This document shows, in pieces, positions 29,742 to 39,510 of a stretch of DNA of 64,000 bases. The position numbers and the translations under genes are program-made. Source of the DNA: an uncultured Gammaproteobacteria bacterium (GTDB lineage: Bacteria; Patescibacteriota; Patescibacteriia; Magasanikbacterales; UBA922). Below the pieces are notes generated by a model. It saw only the letters and a program-made list of their open reading frames with translations, was not told where the DNA came from and did not search any database. Numbering within the stretch: position 1 is the stretch's first letter; each line of letters starts with the position of its first letter. The stretch lies in the NCBI GenBank assembly GCA_964597575.1, contig CAZQXB010000001.1:274111-338110 (forward strand), read 5' to 3'.

Positions 29742-30110
29742 ATGGCCACCACTGCAACAAAAAATGTAAAACAGGTAAAAGTTGAACAGGATGCTGAGGG
29801 GGCAGGTCCAAAAATTCGCGTGAAGATCTCAGCCTACGACAGTAAAATTATCGATATTGCGACAAAAACCATTATCGATACGGCTGAACGTAATAATGCG
29901 AAGGTTGTTGGCCCAGTACCATTGCCAACCGAGATCCGTAAATACAGTGTGAACCGCTCAACGTTCGTTCACCGCACAGCGGCTGAACAGTATGAAATGC
30001 GTACGCATAAGCGTCTCATTGATATTGTGAATCCAAACCAAAAGGTGATTGATGCGTTGGGAAGTTTAAACCTTCCAAGCGGGGTAGATGTAGAGATCAA
30101 AATGATCTAA
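29742..30110 (+). CDS. rpsJ: 30S ribosomal protein S10 (N-terminal ~25-aa extension)
   Basis: Conserved S10 core IRVKISAYDSKIID... Confidence 0.9.
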   Translation: MATTATKNVKQVKVEQDAEGAGPKIRVKISAYDSKIIDIATKTIIDTAERNNAKVVGPVPLPTEIRKYSVNRSTFVHRTAAEQYEMRTHKRLIDIVNPNQKVIDALGSLNLPSGVDVEIKMI

Positions 30111-30142
30111 ATTGAGGGAAGAAAGGAGAGGGGAAGAGCCCC

Positions 30143-30171
30143 TTGACAGAGTAACGAGAGTACGCTATAAT
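30143..30171 (+). promoter_or_regulatory. Internal promoter between rpsJ and rplC with ~280-nt leader
   Basis: TTGACA-17-TATAAT. Confidence 0.5.
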
Positions 30172-30453
30172 AGGCCTCGTTATAACAACCAAGGCACGAG
30201 CTCGATAAGATTACCCTGAATACGGGTCTAAAAACATCGAGAATAAGGCCAAATGGTTGACAAAGGTGAAGCACCAAATTTACTAACGATCACACAATTC
30301 TCGGTTACTCGACGCGTCTTTTTCACAAAAGGCGAGCCGAACGTAACTAAAAAGAGAGGTATCACACCACTCATGTGTTCAAAGGTAAAAAACATAGGTG
30401 CAAGATACGTCTCTTTTTTGTTTGATTTTCCGAATTTTCGAAATAGCAAATGT

Positions 30454-31158
30454 ATGAAATGCATTCTTGGTACAAAACTTGGCATGACGCAGGTGTTTGA
30501 TGCGAACGGCACAGTAATTCCTGTGACGCGCGTCCAAGCTGGTCCTTGTACAGTCACTCAGGTAAAAACAGTGGAAAAAGATGGGGTATCTGCCGTCCAG
30601 ATTGGATACGGTACTACGCCACTTTTTCGTATGAACCAACCAAAGCAGGGTCATGTTCGAGGCCTTGCTCATGTCCGCTTTTTGCGTGATTTTCGTATCG
30701 CGGAAGACCATGCGCTGACTCGTGGAGGCACATTTGGTGCATCTATCTTTGCGCCAGGTGATGTGGTTCAGGTTGTCGGTACATCAAAAGGCCGTGGATT
30801 CCAGGGTGTGGTAAAACGCCATGGGTTCAAGGGTGCTCCGAAAACACACGGTCATAAACATGACCTTCGTGCGCCAGGAAGTATCGGTGCCGGTGGTGTA
30901 CAGCGTGTGTTTAAAGATATGCGCATGGCGGGACATATGGGCGACGCCCGTGTGACCGTTAAAAACTTAACCGTGGTTGAAGTTCATCCTGAGACGAACG
31001 AACTTTATATTAAAGGTGCACTTCCAGGAAGCCGTGGAGGATTAGTGCTCATTTCCACACAGAACGGTTCGTTTGAAGTGGAATCAATGGTACAGGAAAA
31101 AGAAGCGCCAGCTACCCCTGTAGTTGCCGAAGAGGTTCCTGTTGCAGTCAACGCCTAA
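30454..31158 (+). CDS. rplC: 50S ribosomal protein L3
   Basis: MKCILGTKLGMTQVF start chosen over the longer upstream ORF. Confidence 0.9.
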   Translation: MKCILGTKLGMTQVFDANGTVIPVTRVQAGPCTVTQVKTVEKDGVSAVQIGYGTTPLFRMNQPKQGHVRGLAHVRFLRDFRIAEDHALTRGGTFGASIFAPGDVVQVVGTSKGRGFQGVVKRHGFKGAPKTHGHKHDLRAPGSIGAGGVQRVFKDMRMAGHMGDARVTVKNLTVVEVHPETNELYIKGALPGSRGGLVLISTQNGSFEVESMVQEKEAPATPVVAEEVPVAVNA

Positions 31159-31179
31159 TACTCTCCAGATTGATTTTGT

Positions 31180-31806
31180 ATGAAAAACGTACCACTCTAC
31201 TCGATTGATGGAAAAGCTGTAGGCACGCTCGATGTAAACGAAGCGGTGTTTGGGGTGAAACCAAAACGATCCCTCGTCCATCAGGTCTATGTGACTTTAG
31301 TTGGCAATGCTCGTGAACCTTGGGCTCATACCAAAGACCGCAGTGATGTTCGCGGTGGTGGTAAAAAACCATGGAAACAGAAAGGGACTGGACGCGCTCG
31401 TCACGGTTCTATCCGCTCACCAATTTGGAAAGGCGGAGGTGTGACTTTTGGTCCAACAAACTTGCGTAATTACAGCCGTAAGTTAAACGTGAAGATGAAA
31501 CAGGCTGCGCTTAAAATGTGTTTGTCTGGTATGGTTGCTGCTGAACGTTTGCAAGGACTTGAAGACGCTGCTTTTTCTGGAAAAACTAAGCAGTTTGTCA
31601 CTTTTCGTAGCGCTTTACCAGGAAACAATAAAAGCACTCTTATTTTGACAGCAAAAAAAGACGAAACTCTTCTTCGTGCGACCAAAAATATCCCTCGCGT
31701 TGATGTGGTGCGTGCTGAAGATTTGAATGTGGTTGATGTGCTTCACCATCAGTATATTATTGCGACGAAAGGTGCCATTTTGGCCCTGACGAAACGTTTA
31801 GCGTAA
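31180..31806 (+). CDS. rplD: 50S ribosomal protein L4
   Basis: Conserved L4. Confidence 0.9.
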   Translation: MKNVPLYSIDGKAVGTLDVNEAVFGVKPKRSLVHQVYVTLVGNAREPWAHTKDRSDVRGGGKKPWKQKGTGRARHGSIRSPIWKGGGVTFGPTNLRNYSRKLNVKMKQAALKMCLSGMVAAERLQGLEDAAFSGKTKQFVTFRSALPGNNKSTLILTAKKDETLLRATKNIPRVDVVRAEDLNVVDVLHHQYIIATKGAILALTKRLA

Positions 31807-31818
31807 ACTTGAATCTGT

Positions 31819-32187
31819 ATGGCAAAAGCTACTACAACAAAAAAGAAAGCTGCACCAAAGGCAGCGAAAGAGAAAAAGGTAAAGACGGCCGCAGTGGCGA
31901 TGAGTTTTAATCGACAAATTTTACTCCGCCCCATCACCAGCGAAAAAACCGTGAGTCGTGAGTCACGCGGGGTGTACACCTTTTTGGTGAAACCAACCGC
32001 TACAAAGGTAGACGTAAAATTTGCAGTAAAGGAAGCCTATGGAGTCATGCCAGTGAAAGTAAATATGGTTTTGACCGACGGCAAGACAGTTCGCGCAGGT
32101 AAAGCTTTTGGGAAGCGTGGTGGTACAAAAAAAGCCATTGTGACATTGCCAAAAGATGCCCGCATTAGTATCCATGAAGGTGTCTAA
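31819..32187 (+). CDS. rplW: 50S ribosomal protein L23 (Lys-rich N-terminal extension)
   Basis: Conserved L23 core. Confidence 0.9.
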   Translation: MAKATTTKKKAAPKAAKEKKVKTAAVAMSFNRQILLRPITSEKTVSRESRGVYTFLVKPTATKVDVKFAVKEAYGVMPVKVNMVLTDGKTVRAGKAFGKRGGTKKAIVTLPKDARISIHEGV

Positions 32188-32210
32188 GCATTCCTCATTG
32201 ATCTTACCGT

Positions 32211-33056
32211 ATGCCAATCACCATTTATAAACCAACGACAAACGGCCGACGCAACTCTAGTGTGCAGGTCTTTTCCGATGTTACAAAAACTCAGCCAGAA
32301 AAATCACTGATTGAGCCAAAGAAAAAACACAGTGGTCGTAATAATACAGGGAACATTACCGTTCGTCATCGTGGCGGCGGTGTGAAACGTTATTACCGTA
32401 TTATTGATTTCAAACAGCAAAAGTTTGATATGCCAGCGACGGTCACTGCGATCGAATATGATCCAAACCGCGGTGCCCGCATTGCTCTTGTTGAGTATAC
32501 CGACAACACCAAAGCCTATGTTTTGGCAGCTGATGGTATGGGTGTGGGCTCGGTTATTGTTTCTTCAGAAAAGGCAATTGAACCATCTGTCGGTTCTCGT
32601 ATGCCTCTCCAATATATTCCTGTTGGTCTCTTTGTTCACAATGTTGAAATGACTCGTGGCAAGGGCGGACAGATTATCCGCGGTGCAGGCACGGGTGCCC
32701 AGCTTCAGGTAATTGAAGGGGATTATGCCCAGCTTAAACTCCCTTCTGGTGAAGTTCGTTTGGTGAAAAAAGATTGTTTAGCTTCTGTTGGAAAAGTAAG
32801 TAACCCAGACTTTAAACTCGTGCGTTACGGAAAAGCCGGACGCATGCGCTACCTCGGCTGGAGACCAGTCGTTCGTGGTAAGGTGATGAACCCGGTTGAT
32901 CACCCGCACGGAGGTGGTGAAGGGCGAAACCCTATTGGTTTGAAGGGTGGTCCAAAAAATGTATACGGAAAGAAAGCCATGGGTATCAAAACACGAAAAC
33001 GCGATAACTGGAGTAACAAATTTATTCTTCAACGCCGTAAGGGTAGAAAAGTGTAA
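32211..33056 (+). CDS. rplB: 50S ribosomal protein L2
   Basis: Conserved L2. Confidence 0.95.
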   Translation: MPITIYKPTTNGRRNSSVQVFSDVTKTQPEKSLIEPKKKHSGRNNTGNITVRHRGGGVKRYYRIIDFKQQKFDMPATVTAIEYDPNRGARIALVEYTDNTKAYVLAADGMGVGSVIVSSEKAIEPSVGSRMPLQYIPVGLFVHNVEMTRGKGGQIIRGAGTGAQLQVIEGDYAQLKLPSGEVRLVKKDCLASVGKVSNPDFKLVRYGKAGRMRYLGWRPVVRGKVMNPVDHPHGGGEGRNPIGLKGGPKNVYGKKAMGIKTRKRDNWSNKFILQRRKGRKV

Positions 33057-33059
33057 TGT

Positions 33060-33383
33060 ATGTCTCGCAGCTTAAAAAAAGGACCATTTGTCGATCCTAA
33101 GTTGGCAGAAAAAGTCGCGAAAGCGAAAGCCATGAACGACAAGAAGGCGATTAAAACTTGGGCCCGCGCTTCAACTATTACACCAGAAATGGTGGGGATG
33201 AATTTCGCAGTCCACAATGGGAAAGACTTCTTGAACGTCTTTGTGACGGAAAACATGGTGGGTCACAAACTCGGAGAATTTTCTTCGACTCGTAAGTTTA
33301 TTCGCCATGGTGGAAAAGCTGGTAAAGAAGCAGCTGCTCCTGCAGCAGCCCCAGCCGCTGCAGCAAAACCTGCTGCTAAATAA
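33060..33383 (+). CDS. rpsS: 30S ribosomal protein S19 (Ala/Pro-rich C-terminal tail)
   Basis: Conserved S19. Confidence 0.9.
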   Translation: MSRSLKKGPFVDPKLAEKVAKAKAMNDKKAIKTWARASTITPEMVGMNFAVHNGKDFLNVFVTENMVGHKLGEFSSTRKFIRHGGKAGKEAAAPAAAPAAAAKPAAK

Positions 33384-33901
33384 TGCATATGACGACGATT
33401 CAAACATCGGCCACACTTCGCAGTTTACGCATGTCACCTCGCAAGGTGCGCCTTTTGATCGACCTTATTCGTGGCATGAACGCACACGAAGCACTTGTTC
33501 AGCTTCAGTTTTCAGCGAAAGAAGCAGCGCGTCCTGTATATAAACTTCTTGCTTCTGGAATTGCGAATGCTACCCATAACCATGGAGCAGATGCAAAAAC
33601 ATTAGTGGTTTCAAAAGCGACCGTTGATGGGGGGGCGATGATGTATCGTTATACTCCACGCGCAATGGGTCGGGCGACTCCTGTGCGTCACCGCACTTCC
33701 CACATTACGCTTGTGTTGACGGGTGTTGGTTCGGCGACACATCGCGCTGAAGCTGCTCACGATCATGAAAATCATGAAGGGCATGATCATGCGCATGAAG
33801 AAGCGCCGAAAAAAGTAACTAAAGCACGCAAGGCACCAGCAACCAAGAAACCCCGCGCTGCGTCAAAGGCTTCCACTGCCAAGGCGAAGAAAAACGCGTA
33901 A
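33383..33901 (+). CDS. rplV: 50S ribosomal protein L22 (His/Lys-rich C-terminal extension)
   Basis: Conserved L22 core. Confidence 0.9.
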   Translation: MHMTTIQTSATLRSLRMSPRKVRLLIDLIRGMNAHEALVQLQFSAKEAARPVYKLLASGIANATHNHGADAKTLVVSKATVDGGAMMYRYTPRAMGRATPVRHRTSHITLVLTGVGSATHRAEAAHDHENHEGHDHAHEEAPKKVTKARKAPATKKPRAASKASTAKAKKNA

Positions 33902-33919
33902 TCCACTCTCAAGAATCCT

Positions 33920-34618
33920 ATGGGTCATAAAGTCCATCCCATTATCCATCGCACACAGGTTATCTATACCTGGGATTCGCGTTGGTTTTCTCGAAAAAAG
34001 TATCCTGAATATATTAAACAGGATATTCAAATTCGTGAATTTTTGAAAAAGAAATATAAAGATGCTCATATTGATGCGATCAGTGTTGAGCGTGGTCCAA
34101 AACAAACAACGATCACTATTTTAGCCGCAAAACCAGGGTTTATTATCGGCCGTGGTGGTGAGAGTTTGGATGTTCTCCGCAAAGAAATTGAACGCAAGTT
34201 TTTGCAGATGTCATCAAAAGTGAAATTGCAAATTCATGAAGTCAAATCTCCAGCACTTTCTGCTGAAATTGTGGCACAGACGATTGCACAAGAGACAGAA
34301 AATCGTATGCCATTTCGTCGCGTGATGAAGCAAACGATTGAACGCGTAATGAAGGCTGGCGGACTTGGAGTAAAAATTTGTATGTCGGGCCGCTTGAACG
34401 GAGCTGAAATTGCTCGTACCGAAAAATTGGCGGCTGGTAAAGTTCCATTGATCACTCTTCGCAGTGCTGTTGATTACGCTTCAACCGCCGCTTATACCAT
34501 GTATGGTAAAGTAGGAATTAAAGTGTGGATCTATCACGGTGAAGTGTTCGGTCGTAAAGATAAGTTTCGTGATGCTGCTGAAGCTCCTGCTCAGCCTCGT
34601 CGTGACAAGAAATCATAA
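33920..34618 (+). CDS. rpsC: 30S ribosomal protein S3
   Basis: Conserved S3. Confidence 0.95.
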   Translation: MGHKVHPIIHRTQVIYTWDSRWFSRKKYPEYIKQDIQIREFLKKKYKDAHIDAISVERGPKQTTITILAAKPGFIIGRGGESLDVLRKEIERKFLQMSSKVKLQIHEVKSPALSAEIVAQTIAQETENRMPFRRVMKQTIERVMKAGGLGVKICMSGRLNGAEIARTEKLAAGKVPLITLRSAVDYASTAAYTMYGKVGIKVWIYHGEVFGRKDKFRDAAEAPAQPRRDKKS

Positions 34619-34627
34619 TCGTGTTGT

Positions 34628-35041
34628 ATGTTGTTACCTAAAAAAGTAAAACACCGCAAGTGGCATAAACCACGCCGCCGCAACCTCGGGGTTGCGACTC
34701 GATTAACGACCGTGGCTTTCGGAACGTACGGACTCCGTGCGACGACTCATGCCTGGGTTTCATCCCGTCAAATCGAAGCTGCTCGTCGTGTCCTTACCCG
34801 ATACGTGAAGCGCGGAGGTAAGGTATGGGTGCGCATTTTCCCTGATCGCCCAATGACCAAAAAAGGTGCAGAAGTTCCGATGGGAAAAGGAAAAGGGGCG
34901 CCGGATTTCTACGTATGTACGGTAAAGCCAGGAGCAGTTCTCTTTGAAATGACTGGTTTGACCGAAGCGAGCGCGCAAGAAGCTCTCTTAGCCGCAGCAT
35001 ACAAGCTTCCGCTCAAGGCGAAATTTGTGAAAAAAGTATAA
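34628..35041 (+). CDS. rplP: 50S ribosomal protein L16
   Basis: Conserved L16. Confidence 0.95.
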   Translation: MLLPKKVKHRKWHKPRRRNLGVATRLTTVAFGTYGLRATTHAWVSSRQIEAARRVLTRYVKRGGKVWVRIFPDRPMTKKGAEVPMGKGKGAPDFYVCTVKPGAVLFEMTGLTEASAQEALLAAAYKLPLKAKFVKKV

Positions 35042-35051
35042 CGCATGATGT

Positions 35052-35237
35052 ATGGAAAAACTTTCTCTTGGAACAAAAACAAAAGAAGAGCTTACCGCCA
35101 TGCTTCATGAGTCTCGTCACGAGCTCACTAAGCTTCGCTTCCAAGTAAGTGAACGCCAGCTCAAACAAGTTCACCGCATCGCTCTCATTCGCCGCACGAT
35201 TGCACGGGTTCAAACGGCCTTGGGGAAACTTCGCTAA
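35052..35237 (+). CDS. rpmC: 50S ribosomal protein L29
   Basis: Conserved L29. Confidence 0.85.
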   Translation: MEKLSLGTKTKEELTAMLHESRHELTKLRFQVSERQLKQVHRIALIRRTIARVQTALGKLR

Positions 35238-35246
35238 TATTCATGT

Positions 35247-35516
35247 ATGAAAACAACGCAGCCTACAACTCAAGCTACACATCGCCAGTTTACTGGTGAA
35301 GTTCTTCGTACGCTTGAAACAAAAACGATCCGCGTTCGCGTGGAAACCGTTATGACTCATCCGAAGTACCGCAAGCAATACGCGAAGCAAACGACCTTTC
35401 CAGTTCACGATGAGCATGCGAAAGCGAAAGTAGGGGATATTGTTACGTTTGAAGAGTGCCGACCATTGTCGAAAACCAAACGGTGGCGTCTCGTTTCTAT
35501 TCAGAAGACTGCCTAA
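35247..35516 (+). CDS. rpsQ: 30S ribosomal protein S17
   Basis: Conserved S17. Confidence 0.9.
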   Translation: MKTTQPTTQATHRQFTGEVLRTLETKTIRVRVETVMTHPKYRKQYAKQTTFPVHDEHAKAKVGDIVTFEECRPLSKTKRWRLVSIQKTA

Positions 35517-35525
35517 GACACTTCT

Positions 35526-35897
35526 ATGATTCAACATCGCGCCATGCTCTCGGTGGCAGATAACACCGGAGCGAAAAAATTGATGTGTATCCGCGTATTA
35601 GGCGGGTACAAAAAACGCTATGCACGCATCGGCGACATTATCACCTGTTCTGTAAAAGAAGCAGCTCCTCGCGGGCTCGTGAAAAAAGGTGAAGTGGTTC
35701 ACGCTGTGATTGTTCGTACGCGCAAAGAAACACGCCGCAAAGACGGAACCTATATTCGCTTTGATGATAACGCGGTAGTGATTGTTGATGATAAAAATAA
35801 AGAACCAAAAGGGACTCGTATCTTTGGACCAGTTGCTCGTGAAATCCGCGCGATGGGTTACCAGAAGATCGTCTCATTGGCTCCTGAAGTATTGTAA
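35526..35897 (+). CDS. rplN: 50S ribosomal protein L14
   Basis: Conserved L14. Confidence 0.95.
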   Translation: MIQHRAMLSVADNTGAKKLMCIRVLGGYKKRYARIGDIITCSVKEAAPRGLVKKGEVVHAVIVRTRKETRRKDGTYIRFDDNAVVIVDDKNKEPKGTRIFGPVAREIRAMGYQKIVSLAPEVL

Positions 35898-35899
35898 GC

Positions 35900-36220
35900 T
35901 TGGCCTCTATGAAGATTAAAACTGGCGACAATGTAAAAGTGCTCTCTGGTCGTGATCGCGGTAAAACCGGAAAGATCATCCAGGTGATTGCAAGTGATCG
36001 TGGAGCCCTGGTCGTAGTCGAGGGTGTAAACCTTCGAAAGAAACATCTGAAGGCACGAGGAACAGAGAAGGGAAGACTTCTCGAACTCGCAAGTCCGATT
36101 CATATGTCAAACGTCATGCTCCTTGATCCGAAAGATAGCAAACCAACTCGAGTAGGATACAAAACAGAAGGAGACAAAAAGATTCGCGTCGCTCGTCGCA
36201 GTGGCAACTCAATCGCATAA
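35900..36220 (+). CDS. rplX: 50S ribosomal protein L24
   Basis: Conserved L24 (KOW). Confidence 0.9.
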   Translation: MASMKIKTGDNVKVLSGRDRGKTGKIIQVIASDRGALVVVEGVNLRKKHLKARGTEKGRLLELASPIHMSNVMLLDPKDSKPTRVGYKTEGDKKIRVARRSGNSIA

Positions 36221-36225
36221 TCACT

Positions 36226-36771
36226 ATGGTTCCAGAACTTCTCAAAACTTATAAAACCATCGCTGTACCTTTTTTGAAGCAAAAGTTTGGGTACAAAAAT
36301 GTTATGCAAGTTCCACGGGTTGAAAAAGTAACCCTGAACATTGGATACGGCCGTATGGTGAAAGATACTGCGTTTATTGAACGTATTACTCAAACGCTTT
36401 CTCTTATCTCTGGTCAAAAACCAGTTCACCAAAAAGCAAAGAAGTCCATTTCGAACTTCAAGACTCGCCAAGGAATGAACATTGCCGCCTCAGTTACGCT
36501 TCGCGGTCCTGCCATGTATGAGTTTTTGTATCGCTTCGTTCACCTTACTCTTCCTCGTATTCGTGACTTTCGAGGGTTAAACCCAAAGAGTTTCGATCGT
36601 CAGGGGAACTACACAATCGGCTTTAAAGAACAGATCGCCTTCCCTGAAGTTCAGGGTGATGCGGCTGATAAGATCCACGGTCTTGAAGTGGTTATTACCA
36701 CATCAGCAAAAAATCGTGAAGAAGGCCACGCCCTTCTTTCGAGCTTAGGTTTTCCCTTTCGCGATAAGTAA
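36226..36771 (+). CDS. rplE: 50S ribosomal protein L5
   Basis: Conserved L5. Confidence 0.95.
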   Translation: MVPELLKTYKTIAVPFLKQKFGYKNVMQVPRVEKVTLNIGYGRMVKDTAFIERITQTLSLISGQKPVHQKAKKSISNFKTRQGMNIAASVTLRGPAMYEFLYRFVHLTLPRIRDFRGLNPKSFDRQGNYTIGFKEQIAFPEVQGDAADKIHGLEVVITTSAKNREEGHALLSSLGFPFRDK

Positions 36772-36776
36772 TCTCT

Positions 36777-36962
36777 ATGGCTACTCAAGGACAAATTGCT
36801 AAATCAAATCGTCGACCAAAATTCTCGACCCGCATCGTTCGTCGGTGCTGGAAGTGCGGTCGTAAGCGCTGGTTCATGCGCGACTTTGGGCTCTGCCGTA
36901 TTTGTTTCCGCGAACTTGCGAACTCTGGGAAGCTCCCGGGCGTTCGTAAGTCGAGCTGGTAA
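36777..36962 (+). CDS. rpsN: 30S ribosomal protein S14 type Z (zinc-binding)
   Basis: [20 protein letters not shown]. Confidence 0.9.
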   Translation: MATQGQIAKSNRRPKFSTRIVRRCWKCGRKRWFMRDFGLCRICFRELANSGKLPGVRKSSW

Positions 36963-36981
36963 GGCCTTATAATGATGTACT

Positions 36982-37371
36982 ATGATGACAGATCCAATTG
37001 CAGACATGCTCACTCGCGTTCGAAATGCCTCGGCGTCTCGAAAAGCAAGTGCCACCATGCCATTCTCTAACATGAAAAAGGCCGTTCTCGATATTTTGCT
37101 CCGTGAAGGATATCTCGAGAATGTGGAAGTAGAAGGCGACACCAAGAAAACTTTGGTTGTTACCCTCAAATACACCAACAGAATTCCAGCGATTCAATCT
37201 CTTGCTCGTGAAAGCAAGCCAGGGCACCGTATGTACCGCCGAGCTGATGAATTGCCAAGAATTTTAAACGATATCGGTCTCGCGATCGTTTCTACCCCAG
37301 AGGGGATGATGACGAATAAAGAGGCACGCAAAAAAGGAATTGGTGGAGAAATTGTTTGTTCCGTATACTAA
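36982..37371 (+). CDS. rpsH: 30S ribosomal protein S8
   Basis: Conserved S8. Confidence 0.95.
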   Translation: MMTDPIADMLTRVRNASASRKASATMPFSNMKKAVLDILLREGYLENVEVEGDTKKTLVVTLKYTNRIPAIQSLARESKPGHRMYRRADELPRILNDIGLAIVSTPEGMMTNKEARKKGIGGEIVCSVY

Positions 37372-37442
37372 TGTTGATGCACGAAATGGCTGGCGCCTGA
37401 TGCACGCCCTGCCACTTCCCTAATCACACCTATTTATTATAT

Positions 37443-37988
37443 ATGTCACGTATTGGAAAGAAACCACTTGCAATTCCTTCGGGAGTCACTGTTACAGTGG
37501 CTGAAGGAGTTGTGCATGTGAAGGGTCCTAAGGGAGAACTTCACCGTACGCTCCCACCACAGGTAGCTGTGGTTGTTGCATCAAACGAAGTAACGGTAAG
37601 TGTTAAAAATCCTGAAGAAAAGAGTGAGCGCTCTTTGTGGGGAACTTTTGCGGCTCATATTGGAAACATGATAGAGGGGGTAACCGTTGGTTTTTCAAAA
37701 CAACTTGAAATTAATGGAGTAGGATACCGCGGAGCTATGCAAGGAAAAGATATTCGTCTCGAGGTCGGTTTTTCTCATCCAGTCATTTTTAAAGTTCCAG
37801 AGGGTGTGACTGCGCAAATGGAAAAAAACATTATCACTTTGACCTCAACGAATAAAGAACTCTTGGGTCAGACGACTGCTGAAATTCGTGCTATTCGCAA
37901 ACCAGAACCATATAAAGGCAAAGGGATTAAATATACGACTGAAACGATTCGCCGCAAGGCTGGTAAGGCTGCGAAAGCTGCTGCCTAA
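37443..37988 (+). CDS. rplF: 50S ribosomal protein L6
   Basis: Conserved L6. Confidence 0.95.
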   Translation: MSRIGKKPLAIPSGVTVTVAEGVVHVKGPKGELHRTLPPQVAVVVASNEVTVSVKNPEEKSERSLWGTFAAHIGNMIEGVTVGFSKQLEINGVGYRGAMQGKDIRLEVGFSHPVIFKVPEGVTAQMEKNIITLTSTNKELLGQTTAEIRAIRKPEPYKGKGIKYTTETIRRKAGKAAKAAA

Positions 37989-38012
37989 GCCATTCTTTAA
38001 GAATACCTTTAT

Positions 38013-38384
38013 ATGAAATATTCTCATCAGTCAGCTAATGCCAAACGCCTTCGTCGCCACCGCCGTGTTCGCGCTCGTGTGGTTGGAACTGCCGAACGCC
38101 CTCGTTTGAACGTGTTCCGTAGCTTGAAAAATATTCATGCCCAGCTTATTGACGATGCTACTGGTATGGTACTTGCAGCAGCGAATGCTCGCGAACTCAA
38201 AGCAGGGGATGCTGGAGAACGCACCGGGAAAGTAGCGCAAAGCTACCTTACAGGAAAGGCACTCGCTGAAAAAGCCAAGACCAAAAATATCACCACCGTA
38301 GTATTTGATCGTGGCGGATATGCGTATCATGGTCGTGTTCGCGCACTCGCTGAAGGCGCCCGCGATGGTGGTCTCGTGTTTTAA
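38013..38384 (+). CDS. rplR: 50S ribosomal protein L18
   Basis: Conserved L18. Confidence 0.9.
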   Translation: MKYSHQSANAKRLRRHRRVRARVVGTAERPRLNVFRSLKNIHAQLIDDATGMVLAAANARELKAGDAGERTGKVAQSYLTGKALAEKAKTKNITTVVFDRGGYAYHGRVRALAEGARDGGLVF

Positions 38385-38401
38385 GCTTACAGAGGTTTTA
38401 T

Positions 38402-39004
38402 ATGAATATGAAAGAACAACAGGGTAGAGGTGGACGTGGTGGTCGCGGTCCTCGCGACAATCGTCCTCGTCGTGAAAAACCTGAGTTTGACCAACAAACC
38501 ATTGATGTGTCACGTGTGACACGTGTAACGAAGGGTGGTAAACAACTTTCGTTCCGTGTTTGTATCGTTATCGGAGACCGTAAAGGCCGTGTTGGATACG
38601 GAGTTGATAAAGGGAAAGATGTTCAGATGGCAATGGAAAAGGCTTTGAATCAGGCAAAGAAAAGTATGATTCGAGTTCCTATGTCAAATGACACCATTCC
38701 TCATCAGGTTTTTGCGAAAGAGAATGCGGGGAAGATCCTTCTTATGCCAGCCCCTCGTGGTTCGGGTATCGTTGCAGGAAGTGTCGTTCGTATCATTCTT
38801 GACTTGGCCGGAGTTCCAAATGCGTCTGCTAAGATTTTAGGAACAACAAAAAATAAATTAACGAACGTGAAGGCTACTTTTGCAGCACTCCGCGCGCTTC
38901 GTCCTTATGTAAAGCGCGTAAGTCCATCAAGAGAAAGTAAACCATCTGAGCCTCGCGAAGAAGGGGAAAAGAAGAAGGCCGTTGCCAAAAAAGCGAAAGC
39001 CTAA
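38402..39004 (+). CDS. rpsE: 30S ribosomal protein S5 (RGG-rich N-terminal and charged C-terminal extensions)
   Basis: Conserved S5 core. L15 follows directly, with no L30 gene between them. Confidence 0.95.
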   Translation: MNMKEQQGRGGRGGRGPRDNRPRREKPEFDQQTIDVSRVTRVTKGGKQLSFRVCIVIGDRKGRVGYGVDKGKDVQMAMEKALNQAKKSMIRVPMSNDTIPHQVFAKENAGKILLMPAPRGSGIVAGSVVRIILDLAGVPNASAKILGTTKNKLTNVKATFAALRALRPYVKRVSPSRESKPSEPREEGEKKKAVAKKAKA

Positions 39005-39025
39005 CTTTTGTAACCTCCACTCTAT

Positions 39026-39463
39026 ATGATTCAACTTCATACATTAAGCGATAATAGTCGCTCACGCAAAGGAAAGCGTGTCGGCCGCGGTGATGCTTCT
39101 GGGAAAGGGAAGTCCGCAGGTCGTGGTACAAAAGGTCAGCGTTCACGTGCGGGTGGCCGTCGTGGTATGCTTCGCCGTTCATTTAAAGATACGGTACAGA
39201 AAATGAAAAAATTGCGTGGTTTTAAGAGCCACACCGCACCGCTTGAAACCGTCACTCTTTCAACGCTTGAACGCGTGGCTATGCCGGGTGCCACCATTAC
39301 TCCAACATTTCTTCGAAAACGAGGCGTGGTTAATCAGCCAAAAAATGGCGTGAAAATCGTTGCTTCAGGAACCCTAACAAAAAAACTGGTGATTCGTGGT
39401 TGTTTGGTAACAAAAAATGCCGTAGAAATTATTCAGTCTAAAGGTGGTTCCATTGCCGTCTAG
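39026..39463 (+). CDS. rplO: 50S ribosomal protein L15
   Basis: Conserved L15. Confidence 0.9.
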   Translation: MIQLHTLSDNSRSRKGKRVGRGDASGKGKSAGRGTKGQRSRAGGRRGMLRRSFKDTVQKMKKLRGFKSHTAPLETVTLSTLERVAMPGATITPTFLRKRGVVNQPKNGVKIVASGTLTKKLVIRGCLVTKNAVEIIQSKGGSIAV

Positions 39464-39510
39464 TAACGAGTGTTCGTGGGCGAGGCGCCTCTCTCTTATA
39501 CATTATACGT

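Noticed and set aside
30253-30453. Long N-terminal extension of rplC in the ORF track
   Set aside because: It would run through the rpsJ-rplC intergenic promoter. The conserved L3 N-terminus begins at the ATG at 30454.
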